Origin: the human T2T-CHM13v2.0 reference genome, Homo sapiens
Strand: one strand, 5' to 3'
Length of the DNA: 64,000 bases
NCBI RefSeq assembly: GCF_009914755.1
Contig: NC_060933.1
This document shows, piece after piece, positions 62,301-64,000 of the stretch (position 1 is its first letter; every line of letters starts with the position of its first letter). A program made the translations under genes and the position numbers. A model generated the notes under the pieces. The model did not search any database, was not told where the DNA came from, and was given only the letters and a program-made list of their open reading frames with translations.

Positions 62301-64000
62301 TAGAGCATGTTTGAAACACTCTTTCTGTAGTATCTGCAAACGGACATTTCAAACGCTTTCAGGCCTATGGTGAGAAAGGAAATATCTTCAAGTAAAAACT
62401 AGACAGAAGCATTCTCAGAAACTTATTTGCGATGTGTGTCCTCAACTAACAGAGTTGAACCTTTCTTTTGATACAACATTTTGGAAACACTCTTTTTGTA
62501 GAATCTGCAAGTGGATATTTGAATAGCTTTGAAGGTTTCGTTGGAAACGGGAATATCTTCATATAAAATCAAGACAGAAGCATTCTCAGAAACTTCTCTG
62601 TGATGTTTGCATTCAACTCATAGAGTTGAACACTTCCCTTCATACAGCAGGTTTGAAACACTCTTTTTGTAATATTTGGAAGTGGACATTTGCAGCGCTT
62701 TGAGGCCTATGATGAAAAAGGTAATATCTTCCCATAAAAACTAGACAGAAGCATTCTCAGAAACTTGTTTGTGATGTGTGTATTCAACTAACAGAGATGA
62801 ACCTTTCTTTTTACAGAGCAGTTTTGAAACACTCTTTTTGTGGAATCTGAAAGTGGATATTTGGATAGCTTTGAGGATTTCGTTGGAAACGGGATTACAT
62901 ATAAAATCTAGGGAGAAGCATTCTCAGGAACTTCTTTGTGATGTTTGCATTCAAGTCACAGAACTGAACATTCCCTTTCATAGAGCAGGTTTGAAACACT
63001 CTTTCTGTAGTATCTGCAAGCGGACGTTTTAAGCGCTTTCAGGCCTGTGGTGAGAAAGGAAATATCTTCAAATAAAAACTAGACAGAAGCATTCTCAGAA
63101 ACTTATTTGCGATGTGTGTCCTCAACTAACAGAGTTGAACCTTTCTTTTGATACAACATTTTGGAAACACTCTTTTTGTAGAATCTGCAAGTGGATATTT
63201 GAATAGCTTTGAAGGTTTCGTTGGAAACGGGAATATCTTCAAATAAAAACTAGACAGAAGCATTCTCAGAAACTTATTTGCGATGTGTGTCCTCAACTAA
63301 CAGAGTTGAACCTTTCTTTTGATACAACATTTTGGAAACACTCTTTTTGTAGAATCTGCAAGTGGATATTTGAATAGCTTTGAAGGTTTCGTTGGAAACG
63401 GGAATATCTTCATATAAAATCAAGACAGAAGCATTCTCAGAAACTTCTCTGTGATGTTTGCATTCAACTCATAGAGTTGAACACTTCCCCTCATACAGCA
63501 GGTTTGAAACACTCTTTTTGTAATATTTGGAAGTGGACATTTGTAGCGCTTTGAGGCCTATGATGAAAAAGGTAATATCTTCCCATAAAAACTAGACAGA
63601 AGCGTTCTCAGAAACTTGTTTGTGATGTGTGTATTCAACTAACAGAGATGAACCTTTCTTTTTACAGAGCAGTTTTGAAACACTCTTTTTGTGGAATCTG
63701 AAAGTGGATATTTGGATAGCTTTGCGGATTTCGTTGGAAACGGGATTACATATAAAATCTAGGGAGAAGCATTCTCAGGAACTTCTTTGTGATGTTTGCA
63801 TTCAAGTCACAGAACTGAACATTCCCTTTCATAGAGCAGGTTTGAAACACTCTTTCTGTAGTATCTGCAAGCGGACGTTTTAAGCGCTTTCAGGCCTGTG
63901 GTGAGAAAGGAAATATCTTCAAATAAAAACTAGACAGAAGCATTCTCAGAAACTTATTTGCGATGTGTGTCCTCAACTAACAGAGTTGAACCTTTCTTTT
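53397..64000 (+). repeat. HOR units: 28-mer (53397-58159), 19-mer (58160-61391), partial unit (61392-64000)
   Basis: Lengths 4763 and 3232 bp; compositions Z1-Z2-X5-Zp-X-Y, Z1-Z2-X-Y, then Z1-X-(Y/X5)-Y cut off by the window end. Confidence 0.92.

Larger units (their letters stand above)
1..64000 (+). repeat. Alpha-satellite (ALR/Alpha) higher-order repeat array, SF2-like, CENP-B-box rich
   Basis: Monomers start at CATTCTCAGAAAC-type motifs at 144, 311, 482, 653, 824 etc. (167/171/171/171 bp). Alphoid hallmarks (GAAACACTCTTT, TAGAATCTGCAAGTGGATATTTGG, TTCGTTGGAAACGGGA) recur in one orientation throughout. B-box and A-box monomers alternate. Confidence 0.99.

Noticed and set aside
170-63883. 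Recurrent 60-94 aa ORFs (MYSTNRDEPFF..., MDILIPLR..., MSQTWYIT..., MSNEILKG...)
   Set aside because: They are chance open frames in alpha-satellite, repeated because the DNA is repeated. Several start at GTG/TTG, stops arise freely (for example 29502) and I recognise no domain.
1-64000. CRISPR-like or other repeat-spacer system
   Set aside because: The sequence between conserved motifs is itself homologous and periodic. There are no unique spacers and no cas or other genes.
1-64000. Transposon insertion, inversion or non-alphoid island
   Set aside because: Cassette spacings account for every base from 144 to 63602 and all monomers read in one orientation. I saw no poly-A tail, target-site duplication or strand switch.
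1-64000. Assigning this window to the kinetochore (CENP-A) domain
   Set aside because: Dense CENP-B boxes indicate a competent array, but CENP-A position is epigenetic and not visible in sequence.

Overview
The whole 64-kb window is one uninterrupted, single-orientation array of primate (human-type) centromeric alpha-satellite: about 376 monomers of ~171 bp, with a CENP-B box in roughly every second monomer. This fits a dimeric SF2-like, live-type higher-order repeat (HOR) array. I found no genes, RNA genes, transposons, CRISPR arrays or unique sequence, and the listed ORFs are repeat artefacts. Between 144 and 63602 the array parses exactly into three cassette sizes: 47 tetramers of 680 bp (sequence types X and Z), 20 heptamers of 1192 bp (Y) and 9 pentamers of 851 bp (X5, an X with one monomer duplicated). 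These assemble into HOR units of 11, 15, 16, 19, 20, 23, 28 and 29 monomers. Private variants reveal recent multi-kb duplications (5275, 3912 and 2552 bp, and a 3.7-kb segment at 4934-bp offset), chimeric cassettes with mappable breakpoints, and a 28-mer shared over 39.5 kb. The chromosome cannot be fixed from the sequence alone. My best guess from recollection is the chr4/chr9 pair (D4Z1/D9Z4), with D8Z2 and D15Z3 as alternatives. I do not see a new biological system; the interest lies in array architecture and turnover. All variant calls were made by eye and are not exhaustive.
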